A DNA stretch of 64,000 bases from Bugula neritina (GCA_964035545.1 OZ037770.1:15366642-15430641), one strand, 5' to 3'; counted from the first letter of the stretch, positions 13,835-26,486 are shown. Program-made: numbers and translations. Notes: a model not told the origin generated them from the sequence alone.

Positions 13835-14485
13835 ATGAAGTCCCATATCTTGGCATTGTTTCTGTTTGCAGTGCTTTGTCTCTTGGCAACAGAAGCATGT
13901 AAGTATTTTTTTCTACTCTGTGTATATGCTATAAATTATTTGTAATCTATATTTAATTGTTTAGTATAAAAGAGATATGCTCACCACCTAAAAAATATCT
14001 ATGCTATATTATATTAGAGCTATAGAAGTTGATTGGATCTATTTTCATTTCAAATAATTATAGTTTAATATTTTGTCTTTATTTCTTATAAAATAGATAA
14101 TAATCACCGTTATGTAGAGTTAGTTAAAAGCCCACAGCTTAACCTAGCCATGGAAATAAAATATGTAAGCTAAGAATAATTTCCAACAATTTTATAATGC
14201 AGTTCATACTCTCAATCAAATAATATTTTGTTAGGCATTGGTCTACCAGGTTCGCCTCCATGTAGTGATGATACACGCGGTTTGCGTGGATGTCCAGAGA
14301 CGAGACTTGGCCAAAAAAGTTTAGATGGTATACCTGGGCCAACACACAAATTTAGATGTAGATGTTTCATTAGACCTGGAGCTCCTGGGTGTAGCACCCA
14401 TCATGAATGTGGAAGGCAGTATTGCTGCTATGACTATGCAGCCGGAGAGAACTTTTGTACACCTTCTGGAAGAGATCTTAATTGA
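13835..14485 (+). CDS. Secreted peptide with degenerate collagen segment plus WAP-derived domain (10 Cys); exons 13835-13898, 14235-14485
   Basis: MKSHILALFLFAVLCLLATEA | CIGLPGSPPCSDDTRGLRGCPETRLGQKSLDGIPGPTHKFRCRCFIRPGAPGCSTHHECGRQYCCYDYAAGENFCTPSGRDLN*. Confidence 0.87.
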
Positions 14486-15897
14486 ACACAATGTTCAACT
14501 CTGTTCCATAATCCCTTATGAAAATCTGTAGTATAACAACTATATATAATTATTACTTAAACATTTTAATGCATAATATTTACGTGAAATTGTATGTATT
14601 TTTCTTATCATGACAAATAAACTAGATCTTCTTAAAAACTCTCTATTTCTAAAATATGAAATCTTATGATTAGATTGTTACTATATTCTCAACAACTGCT
14701 GCGTTATTGTTTTTACCTTTTTCCAAAGACCGAAAAATTCTCAAACATTTATAGTTTCTCTATCAAAAAAGCTTAAAAATTATTACAATGTTATTAACAA
14801 GCACTAACAATTTATACATATACAGCATATAGGTATATATATGAGAATATAATATATTATAATATTGCATGATTCTTCAACCTACTAGCTGTTCATATTT
14901 AATTGTAAAAATCAAAATTATATTTACTTTGAGTGATGCAACTTTCCAAAATTTCTTTAATAAGTTGAGAATGAAAATTTAAAGCAAAAAATTTAACATT
15001 TCTTACGTTAGACCACAATATTACAACATTCAATAATGAGTTTGGGTTGAGATTTTTTGACTTTCAAATTGTTTGAGTTACGCGTCTTTATCGTATTGAT
15101 TCGTAAAGAAATTGCTCTTAAATCTTCATAAATAATAATTTGATCAAAATAATATTATGTGTAAAATTCAGATTCAGATACTGCTTACCATGCATCAACT
15201 CATATTGCATGTTTGTCTGAGATGAACTTAAATCTATAGAGAATATCAGTTGAATTAGTTAAAATCAATTAAGTTTGACCATGCAGTCCAAATTTGTTAC
15301 TCGCAAATTGTCGGGTATATGTTGATTGATTTTTGCTTGTTATATAGTTGTATATGGAAAAACAGTTAGCAAGTTTTTAAAACTAACTGGATATAAGTAT
15401 ATACCCAATTTTATCATGCATAAGGCATGAGTTGAAAGCACTGAATAAATGCACAAAAGTGTCGAAATTAAGAAAACTCATACAAACATGAAAACGATTG
15501 CAGATAAACACACAAAGAGAGATAAAATCGGAATCAACTACAACCACTGACATAAAAGCTGATGTTTTGTACAATTATAGGAGTGAATCATCAGTTATAA
15601 TAGAGTGAAAAGATTTGTAAATATTTATGCAAAGTTCATAATGAGGAAATTTAATTAGCATTTTAAATAGATAAATCAAATAGAGTTAAAAAACACATGC
15701 ATAATCTTAATCTGATATGTTACAATATTATGAATATTTCACCTACTTATGTACTTCTACAAGGAAATACACCTACATAATGGAGTTCATATCCTTGTAC
15801 TGCTTTACTCCAACCTGTACGCAGTGTTTCTACTAAATACACTTTCTTAATTGATATGATTATACTAATAATATGAGTTATATTTATTATGTGTATA

Positions 15898-15977
<80 letters not shown>

Positions 15978-15978
15978 C

Positions 15979-16033
<55 letters not shown>

Positions 16034-16311
16034 GTGCCGAATACGCTATTAACCAGAAAAGGTTTTTTTAAGAACAAGGAAAGATCGTTACTTTTTAAAA
16101 AGTTTACAGAGTTTAAAAGAAAGATACTTGCAACATTTCGTCATTCATGCATAATGTTAATATGTTCAACTGCAATCTGGACATAAATTGAGTATATAAA
16201 CAGTTGGCTCTATAGGTAATACTTAACATAATTAAATTATCTCTTGGATTACGAGAACAGATAACCACGTCCCAGTATAATATTCTTGTATTATTTTCCA
16301 GACAGATAAAA

Positions 16312-16886
16312 ATGAAGCTTTCAATTTCCGCAATGCTTTTATTTGCAGTGTTTTGTCTTTTAGCAACAAAAGCATGTAAGTATCTTTAACATATTTTAAA
16401 ATAAAAAAGTATATTTCGTAATAATTGACACTACTTTGTTAGTGTACAAAGCTTTATTTTTTAACTCGGAAGAAATTGCTATGTTATGAACAATCTCTAG
16501 AACTTTATTAAATTTATTTTTATTTCAACCAGTTTAAAATTTGCTTGTTTGTTAGCAATTTTCTGCTTTTGTTGCTATTATATTGCAGAGGTCTATATTA
16601 ATATATTATAACAAAATGAAAAAAGTTAAAACAAAATCAATATAAAAAAATGATTATCAATCACTAAAATATAAAGTCAAGTAATGCTTTACCTGGTTCA
16701 CCTGGATGTGTTGTAGCGGCCGGATGCCCAGGTCTACCTGGTTTACCCTCAGATCCCCCAGGCCCACCTGGTGCAGCTGGATGTGGTTGCAACATTAGAT
16801 TTGATAAGGATGGATGTAGAAGTCACAGTGAGTGTGGACCAGGACAACTCTGCTGCTATGAAGGGAGATTTAACGTCTGCCAGTAA
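16312..16886 (+). CDS. Collagen-like plus WAP-derived secreted peptide; exon 1 16312-16375, exon 2 start uncertain (16681 or cryptic 16717)
   Basis: MKLSISAMLLFAVFCLLATKA | (C)NALPGSPGCVVAAGCPGLPGLPSDPPGPPGAAGCGCNIRFDKDGCRSHSECGPGQLCCYEGRFNVCQ*; the homologous acceptor reads AA, not AG. Confidence 0.65.
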
Positions 16887-18654
16887 CTTAAAAAATGGAG
16901 AAATCAGCGCAATAGAACTTTGACTCTTATTTGAATAAGTTTTGCCTAATTTTCCTCTGATGTTTTTTAATAAACTTCTTATTACATTCTTTGTGAAAAG
17001 CTCTAACAGTTATGTTTCTTTACATTTATATATATATACATCATTTCATTGAAAATAAACTTGCATAGCTATAGTGACAAATATAGTTTTTGCTTTTATT
17101 TTAAAACACAAAACTTGTTATTAGCTGAGGGTATATTTTTAAAGCATAAACCACTAAAAAACATATTTGCAAATTGTTTTTTAAAAACACACTTTTGATT
17201 TAACTAATAAGCAGCTTACTACAAACTAAAGGTAGCAAATCAAAAAATGTTTACATTGTAAAAAGGTTAAATTGAAGTATACAAGTTTCTGCAGATATTA
17301 TTTAGTAATAAAAATCACATTATATAATAGAAGTAGAAAAAATTACATATATTTATATTTATACCAACACAACCAACAGTAGGAGGAGCAATTTTAATCA
17401 AATGTTTCTCAAAACAGTATTTTAAAATCAAGTTAGAAAGAGTTTTATAATTCACACCATTTCAAGTGCACATCTCTTTTCTATAAACTTCAAAACACTA
17501 GACACTAGACGCTATAGAAATTTACAACTAAACACCATACATTGTTATATGCAACAGAAATTGTTTGGTATTGATGTAAACATTTATTTATAATAATCTT
17601 ATTAATTTACTAATTTTCTGCATATAATCATAACGATCAATTGTTTCACTTATATCAAGATAATTATATTAAAATATTGTATTATATATTGTGGTAATAA
17701 AACACTCGTCAATCAACTAACTTGAACACTTTCACTTTCTTTAATGATTATAGCTAAAAGCAAGATAACATAAACTACACAAAATAACTGGGGTATATAA
17801 TATATATATGTGGCATGAAAGGTGGCTTAAAATAAACAGATGTCATGCAGTGGTTCGACATCAAACCAGATGTGATGTAAGAGCATTCAGACAAAGTTGC
17901 TCCTGTGCCACATTAAGCAGAAATACCTTTTTAATCAGAGCTCATGTTCACACTGCAGGGAGAGAAATAAATGAAATGCTATTTTTGTTCTATTCAAGTT
18001 TTGACTGAAAACTAGGCATCAGATTATATACAAAGAAGAAACACATTTTGTAAATACCACGCTTTATGTTCATCTACAAACTGCTCAGTAAGCAAATAGA
18101 ATTAACATGTTGGGTGAGTAAATAAAACCAAGTTCATTATAAAACACATATACGCATAATCAATCTTGAAGTTGAACAGCGTTATAAATAAATACTATCG
18201 TCTTGCTTATGAAAATAAACACCTACCTGATTTCATATCCGTGTACTGTTTGTCGCAAACAAAATTATACAAGATTTGCATATTATATGCCTCCCTGTCC
18301 AAAAACCATGTAGGTCAATCTAAAATGCTTCGTCACAACTGTTATATCATCATTGTGTATATTCAATATTTATGGATCACAAAAAAAGAGTTAGAAAGTT
18401 TTCTTTAAAATTATTTATAAGGAAACAAGGAAACTTAATTGGCTCACTGTTGGATGGACAAAAACAAAACCGGCAATTATTTTTAAAAAGTTGTCAAATT
18501 ACTTAACAAATAGGATATGTGTTCTGGCCAAGTGTTTATTTTACACTGTAATTAGGACGCGGTTTGGATATAAAAATGAAAGTTTTAGACATCTCACACC
18601 ATCACACTACTGGACTACGCAAATAACAGCATATCTTCCAAACAGATAATTAAG

Positions 18655-19231
18655 ATGAAGCTTTCAATCTTGGCAGTTTTTTTGTTTGCGGTGTTTTGTC
18701 TTTTGACAACGGAAGCAAGTGAGTATTATTAACATTTAACAATTTAAGTATATTTAATGTTTGATAATTACTCTATATCTTTATTTGAGTATGCTAACAA
18801 CTATTCTATTATTTCTGCCTCATTAAATTTCTTTAGCTTAAAAATCATGATTGAATATAATTGACATTAGGATGAGGTAAATCTAAAGCAGAGTTTTTCT
18901 CTACAAGTATATACAAATTAGATTGTTTACATAACTACCAACATTTAAGATGCAGTGATACCATTAAAATGGATCACCAAACATTACTTTAATTTCAGCT
19001 CCAGGTAGACCTGGAAGAGTCGGACCTCCTGGTCGACCAGGATGTCACGGAGCACCTGGACAACCAGGCCGGGATGGAATGCCTGGAAGACCTGACTCAG
19101 GCTGTGCATGCAGACCCATCAACCGTTATGCTGCCGGCTGTAAAAGTCATCGTGACTGTGGTAGAGGGAGAGGACTCTGCTGTTATAATGGCCGGTACAA
19201 TGAGTGTCGATATAATTATTATGGCAGATAA
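18655..19231 (+). CDS. Secreted peptide: 10 Gly-X-Y triplets plus WAP-derived Cys domain; exons 18655-18718, 18999-19231
   Basis: MKLSILAVFLFAVFCLLTTEA | TPGRPGRVGPPGRPGCHGAPGQPGRDGMPGRPDSGCACRPINRYAAGCKSHRDCGRGRGLCCYNGRYNECRYNYYGR*. Confidence 0.92.
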
Positions 19232-19510
19232 ATTGGACACTCTAATCTGAGAAATTTTGAACAGCATTTAATCAAATATGGCTTCTAAACTCTTCTTTTA
19301 ATGTTTTTATTACCCTTTTGTTAAAAAATCTGTTGCTCTTCTATAATTTTGATACAGAAAATTTACTTAAAATCATATAATTCATCTCATTCACACAAAT
19401 AAACATACATGCACTGAAAAAAAAAATGTTATTGTACTTTGGAAAAACAAATTATATATTTTGCTATACAAGCTTATAGTTGTATTAGTATACTAGTATA
19501 CATATGTTTG

Positions 19511-19578
<68 letters not shown>

Positions 19579-20300
19579 CCAATATATAGAAAAACTTCTT
19601 TAATCAGGATTTCTCACAGTTTGCATGGAGAGGAATTATAAATAAAATGCTACTTTTGTTCAATTCAAGTGTTGGATAAAAATTAATCATCATATATTAT
19701 ATGTAAAAACAAATATACTTGTGATTATATATTCATATTTATGCAAATATCTATTTTAAAGAAAGAAGCTATCATTTTGAATGAATTAACAACACAGAGT
19801 TTAATACACCTGCATGCATAATCAATTAGGGATTGCAACAGTATTGTGAATGTATTGTATCTATAACTTGTTTATGAAATTATACACCTACCCGATTTCA
19901 TAACCTTGTATACCTTGCATACACACTCTATAAGCATGTTATACAAATATGCATTATATAAAACTTTGCACTTATATCTCAGAGAATATGTCGGTTGACC
20001 TAAAATCTTTCATCACAGGATTATATCATCAGTTTGTGCATTCAATATTCACGGATTAAAAAGATAGTTTGATGGTTATCTTTAAAATGATTTATGAGAA
20101 CACAAGGAAACTTGGCTCACTATTCGCCAAACCAATTTTCATTATAATTGAAGATGCCGTGTACTATGGCTGTGGTTACATTTTACACTCTAATTAGGAC
20201 ATGGTTTGAGTATATAAATGAAAGTTTCAGACATCTAACACCATATCACACTACTGGAACATCAGTTTCACTTCAGTAAACTATTTTTAAATAGATAAAG

Positions 20301-20825
20301 ATGAAGGTTTCAATCTCCGCAGTGCTTTTATTTGCAGTGTTTTGTCTCTTGACAACAGAAGCATGTAAGTATTATTAACATTCGATTTAATTGTATATAT
20401 ATAATATATATTTATATTTTAGTTGAGATTGCTAAAAATTGTTCTATTGCTGCTTCATTATACCTTGTCAGCTTAAAAAATTATTTAATAATTGACATTA
20501 GAATGTTGTAAAGCAAAAATAACAGTTGTTCTCAATAAGTATATACAAGTTAGATTGTTCACTTTGACTAACATTCAGGATGCTGTAATATCAGTGTGAA
20601 TTGAATATTATTTTAATTCCAGCTGCAGGTCATCCAGGGTGTGACGGAGCACCTGGTCAACCAGGTCAAGGCGGAGCACCAGGCCGTGATGGAATGCCTG
20701 GAAGACCTGGTTACGGTTGTCCATGCAGACCTATCAACCCTTATGCTGCTGGTTGTCAGAGTCATCGTGAATGTAGATGGGGAGGATCATGCTGTTATAA
20801 TGGCCGGCACAATGTGTGTCAATAA
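20301..20825 (+). CDS. Secreted peptide: about 10 Gly-X-Y triplets plus WAP-derived Cys domain; exons 20301-20364, 20623-20825
   Basis: MKVSISAVLLFAVFCLLTTEA | SAGHPGCDGAPGQPGQGGAPGRDGMPGRPGYGCPCRPINPYAAGCQSHRECRWGGSCCYNGRHNVCQ*; TATATAAA at 20211. Confidence 0.92.
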
Positions 20826-21048
20826 TATTATGGCAGATAAATTGGACACTCTATAATTTGAGAAATTTTGAACAGCATTTAAACAAACTTTTCTTAACTT
20901 CTAAAATTTTTTTTCATATTTATTTTCCATAATAGAAGTAATACGCTTTTTACAACTATTGATTATACCTCATTGTCCAAAATAAATACATGCAAAGAAG
21001 AAAAATATTTGCTTTTATTTTTGACAAAGTTTCAACTTCTTTCAGTTT

Positions 21049-21049
<1 letters not shown>

Positions 21050-21104
<55 letters not shown>

Positions 21105-21160
21105 ACGCACACGCACACGCACACGCACACGCACACGCACACGCACACGCACAAACACAA

Positions 21161-21191
<31 letters not shown>

Positions 21192-21352
21192 CACGCGCAC
21201 AAACACAAACACACACACACACAAACACACACAAACACACACATACCACACACACACACACCACACACACACACACCACACACACACACACCACACACAC
21301 ACCACACACACACGCACACGCACACGCACACACACACGCACACACACACACA
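21050..21352. repeat. Compound (CA)n/(CACACG)n microsatellite
   Basis: Directly visible. Confidence 0.95.
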
Positions 21353-22472
21353 TGTATATTTGTAAACACATTATATATCCAAAGCAATAATTATGCAATT
21401 CTAATAAAAATTATCTCATTATTAAATAAATGTCGAATGTGAATAACAATTTACTGTGTATTTGGCAACAAGTGTATATAATTTATATTATAAACTTGAT
21501 CTTATAGTTTTATACATTTTTAAATTTATATAATATTATACTCTACATTTAATACACCAAAAACACTGGCCACAAGATTTGTATTTTTAGTTAACATATC
21601 AGAGATTAAAAAGAAGATAAATAATCAGAAGTAAACATCAGTGTAATTAAGCAGAAGGTTGGTAAAACAGCTAAACATCTGGCTGGGTATACTTGATCAG
21701 TATAATCAGCATAGTAATCGGAGAATGTGAAACGGGTGTTATTTTCAATCAAGTATACTGTTTGGAAATTGTATAATCAACATAATAGATACAGAAATAA
21801 CTGACCAGTCAATATATTGTTATGTTTATGCCAACTTTTCAATATTGAAACACAATTTGCATTTCAAGTGAATAAATCAAACAGAGTTTAATAAGCACAT
21901 GCAAAAACAATTAATTTTACAGTGAAACAGTATTATGAATGTATTGTATTAACTTGTTTATGAAAATACACCCATCTGATTAAAAAGGTACATATAACTA
22001 ATATGGATATACTTACACAACCAAATATTATATAACTTATTCTAACATGCCGCATGTAAACTGCTATATCTGCATGACCACATCTCAACACTAATTTTCA
22101 ACAAAATATCTGGTTTTATTTAAATTGCTTTTTCATATATAAAAACTTGATACAAATATAATTATTGAATTTAAAATGAATGTTTGGAACTTTTTTTAAT
22201 TATTTGTAAGGAAAAAACCTCTGCTCACTGCATTTGCCAGAAATTGAATAAAACGGCAAACATTTCTATATAAAAAGACAGTAATTTTATTCAGACGATG
22301 CACGCTTCACAGGATATGCCTAGTTTTACCATAAACTGTGATGATGACAAAGTAAGAGTATATAAATGAATTCATCAGGTATTAGATACCAGTGCATCAC
22401 ACAGACTATAGTAAACATTATAGAGTCTCAGCTCAGTAAACTTTACGCTATAAATTCTATAAACAGATAAAT

Positions 22473-23121
22473 ATGAACTTCTCAGTTTTATCAATCTTTT
22501 TGTTTGCAGTTCTTTGTTTCTGGAGGACAGAAGCAGGTAAATATCTTCTAAATCATTAAGTATATGATAACTAAATTATTTCCTGAGTTAGCTAAAAGAG
22601 CAGCCGTAGTTTGGAGGGCTAGAGCATTTGCTAGCGAAAACAAAGTCATGGGTTCGAGCCCGACAAAGATTATTAGTATATATGATGTTAGGAAAAGCAT
22701 CCGAAGTTATAATTGGACCTAGCTGCGCCCTACCTAAATAAGTCTTTATAGACTATTTTAAAAATAACGTTTTGATCAGGGTTTTCTCACAGAGATAGTG
22801 CGAATGAACTTAAGTATGAGTTAAGTAAACATTGAATATATTATAATGCTCCCTCAATTTGAGTTTATAAAATTATAGATTGTTGGGTTTGATTTAGATT
22901 TTGAGATGCTGTTAAACCTTGTCAACTGATTACTGCTATAATTCCAGGAGTTCCAGGGATAAATGGATTACCTGGTTGTGACAATGTACCGGCTCCAGAA
23001 GGTCAACGTGGTAGCTGGTTACCTGGTTGTCGGTCTGAGATTAGACGCGGTTATCCGAGACAACTCTGAATGCAGCGGGAGCTGCTGCTTCTATGGAGGC
23101 AAAAATATCTGTGTCTATTAG
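22473..23121 (+). pseudogene. Frameshifted collagen/WAP-derived peptide gene; exons 22473-22536, 22948-23121
   Basis: MNFSVLSIFLFAVLCFWRTEA | GVPGINGLPGCDNVPAPEGQRGSWLPGCRSEIRRGYPRQL* (TGA 23067-69); the Cys core continues in another frame as DNSECSGSCCFYGGKNICVY*. Confidence 0.8.
22598..22800 (+). mobile_element. tRNA-derived SINE-like insertion in intron
   Basis: Box-A-like GTAGTTTGGAGGGCTAGAGC, box-B GGTTCGAGCCC at 22651, then GATGTTAGGAAAAGCATCCG; related decayed copies near 13065-13220 and 17810-17990. Confidence 0.55.
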
Positions 23122-23553
23122 TTTAAAGAACTGCCGGAGATGCTAAAACCACATTTTTTCAAAAATTGTTATTTTGTACGACTGATAAAATTTCCTAACA
23201 ATATTCTAAAGTCTTGGCAATAGTTGTTTTTTCGAATTTATGACAATTTGTGTTGAAGATTTTAATTCAAGATTTAATAAAGTTATGCAATGATTTATAT
23301 AAAAATATGCGGTTCCATATTAATTCAGAAATAAACACATTTGAAGAAAAACAGATTTAATTTTATGAAATCATCCCAGGAAATATAATTGGCAGTTTAC
23401 TGGTAATGAATAAAATTGCCACGGCAACACCATTTATGCAAATTAAAATACATGCAGACATTTTACACCTCCTCAAATTTGTACATCCTGGTACAATGCT
23501 TTACCTGGTTATATTGAGAGTAGACATTGGAACACTGCCAGATATGTAAACAG

Positions 23554-24430
23554 ATGAAAATTATTCATGTATACGGAAGTCGTGCAGACAAATATTTGGG
23601 AGATTTATATAGGAGACCAGGGATCATCAAGTCTGTTATAGGTCTTGCATTACTTCCACTGACTTTGAGTTGTCTCCACAACGCTGTGACAGGTGAGTGA
23701 GCAGATAATTTTTACAGTATTATACAAGTTCTACTGAATGATTTGTCTTTATTATTGCAGTGGCATTCATTTATGCCTTAAATACTTTTTAAAATAATTT
23801 TTTATCTTATTTATAGAGAAAATACTAATTTTTTCATATGAAGCAATCAAAGATGTGTGCAATTATTTTAAAATGTTAGGTCTGGCAAAACCAAAACAAA
23901 CGCATGTATATTATACAAATATAAATATACACAAGTTTAAATTTTACAGAGATCACAAGGTATGTGACATATATATAATGAGCCAATATAAACTAACTTT
24001 TCAACAGTTGACTATCTTTGTTGTTTTTTTTGTATCGAACTTGTTAAACAAAAAAACTAACAAAATTGAAAGCTTTCAAAAGTGGAAAATAGATTTTAAA
24101 GCACTAATGAGTTTATCTTAATGTATATATATATATAGGCATATAGAATTTACAATAATATGTCTGTCATGGCAATAGTGCAGCAACCTATATTTTAATA
24201 TATTTATGTTTTAATTCTTTTTCCTTCTCTTTTTGTTTGTTTGTAGGGCTTCAGAAATTTTATTTCTAGTTGCTCTTATAGGCTGTGTGAACATTGATGG
24301 TAGCAGATAGAGCTGAAGGTTACTCAACAAAGAGATTTCTCTCAAAGTTGCAGAAAAAATACCTGTGAAGGGAGTAAAGTGTGCTGTACCAATGGAGTAG
24401 AAGAAATCTGTGTCTATCAAATGTATAACT
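23554..24430 (+). pseudogene. Decayed MKLVG-type gene; signal exon ends 23692, exon 2 from 24282
   Basis: ..IKSVIGLALLPLTLSCLHNAVT|gtgagt (family ATG reads ATC; in-frame ATG at 23554); exon 2 GCVNIDGSR* then, frameshifted, QSCRKNTCEGSKVCCTNGVEEICVYQ. Confidence 0.7.
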
Positions 24431-25802
24431 TACTGGCTAAAAGGGAAAGCAAGTTAAACTTGGCTTCTAGTTACAGAAAAGTGTTTTAGCTGCTTATAGT
24501 ATAGCTATAGTGTGTTACATGTTTCTAATATATTCAAATACCCATGCATTTTATTACTTCAAGCATAGCAATTTGCAAAATAAATTTTGCTTTATTTTTA
24601 GTTATTTATAATATGAATTAAGTATGATATTAATTTAATTGCATTTTATTAGTACATAATATTTTCAAAAAATTAATTAACTTTTTAAAGTACATCTACT
24701 TAATTAGGAATTTTACCGTATGCAAAATTCATTTAGAACATGTTATTTACGCAAATAACACTTAAAGTGAATTATAATTTATATACTAACAAAATTAAAA
24801 GCTTGATTATATTAGACCCAAATGACATATACAAAATCTTTGTAAACAACTACAATTTTGTTTGTCTGTTGATGTGTAAACTCGAACCACTTAAGTAGTT
24901 ATTAAAACTTTGTGTATAACCAAGGTGAATAGTAATAATCAAGAATATTCACAATAAATAACGTGTTTGCGTCTATTGACAAAGACACTTATCACATTAA
25001 TTCGTATATAATATAGATCAATTCTTACGTGATAATGGAATTGTGCAAACATATTATATTGAATTTTATGGAACCTATTATAGGTGTTCATAGCTTTACT
25101 GCAGTTTAAAAAAGATCAAAACAAATTTGATGACCATTAAAAAGATGATTAAATTTTATGGAGTAGGAAATAATTCAGTCAATAGTCAATCAACAGTCAA
25201 CTGCACACTAATATCGTAAAACAAAAGAAAATGCTAAGAAAAAGATTTTGGGGAGTAATATATTTTTGCATATCAGGTAAATAACTCAACCCTAGTTGAG
25301 TGGCAGCTTGCATAATCAATCAGGGAGTGTACAGGGCAGTACTATGAATATATTTTATCTATTTCATCATGAAAATACACCCACTTGATTGAATGCATTT
25401 CCTTGTACAATCTTACTCAAACATGTTTGTGAACTTTCATGCGTACAAAATACTGAAATCATTTTGAACAAGATACAGACTGTATTCATATACAATTTAT
25501 TGTCAAATATACAGAAAAAAGATTAAAGCTTGTTTTTGACTTTAATGTGAGAAAACAAGGAAACTTGGCCATATGCCAGACGACATGATGTAAAATGTCA
25601 CTTAAATGAGAAAACAGGATGTGCGTGTCCTTAACTACAAGTATGCCAGATACCATCTGGAACTGTAGTTAGGACGTGCATGGGATGGTATATAAATGAT
25701 ATCTTTAAGCACATTATACTCTAACTGCAATTTGAACACTTATTCTTATTTCTGTGCATCATAACAATATTATCATCTAAAATCTAAACAGCTGATATAA
25801 AG

Positions 25803-26398
25803 ATGAAATTTTCAGTCTTTGCGATTTTTTGTCTGTTTGCTGTCTTTTGTCTCTTGACAACAGAAGCACGTAAGTATTTTTTATAACTAAATACCAGTAA
25901 AAAATATAAGTGATATTTTAAGATATATTTTTTTTGAACAGTTAGCAAAATAAATAGCGTGGTACTTTAATTGTCGTATTTATTAGCCTAAGCAACAAAA
26001 GGCAGCAATGAAATATTTCAATTATACAAGCAAGAAGTTATAAGTTGCATTAGGTGAGTCTATAAAAAAACAGTATTTGTTTTAATTTGCATCTTGAGAT
26101 TGAGTTAACAAAGAAGTTTATAATCCTATAAAATAAATTATATTATATAATTCAAGTACTTCGCCACTATCCAACTGTTCGACCACCTACAAGAGAGCCT
26201 CCGTGTAAAGATATTTTTGGACCTGATGGAATACCTGTTTACCTCCATTGGTGCAAGTGCCACATCAGATACTTTGCTCTAGGGTGTAGCAGCCATGATG
26301 AATGTGAAGGAAAAGCTTTGTGCTGTTTCAATGGTCAACTTAACGCTTGCAATACTAAATATACATTAACTAAAGACATTGCAGACATTCAAAGTTGA
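25803..26398 (+). CDS. Secreted Pro-rich/degenerate-collagen plus WAP-derived peptide; exons 25803-25869, 26157-26398
   Basis: MKFSVFAIFCLFAVFCLLTTEA | LLRHYPTVRPPTREPPCKDIFGPDGIPVYLHWCKCHIRYFALGCSSHDECEGKALCCFNGQLNACNTKYTLTKDIADIQS*; AAG acceptor. Confidence 0.83.
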
Positions 26399-26450
26399 TT
26401 TTTATCTTAACAAATTTTATTCAACAAGTGCATGGTTTTCAATGAACTAT

Positions 26451-26486
<36 letters not shown>

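Noticed and set aside
18999-20825. Assignment as cnidarian minicollagen or as fragments of a large collagen gene
   Set aside because: Lacks the minicollagen CxxxCxxxCxxxCxxxCC domains and poly-Pro; each unit has its own signal exon and stop
22598-22670. Possible tRNA gene
   Set aside because: Box A/B-like motifs are present but no convincing cloverleaf or acceptor stem; better read as a SINE head
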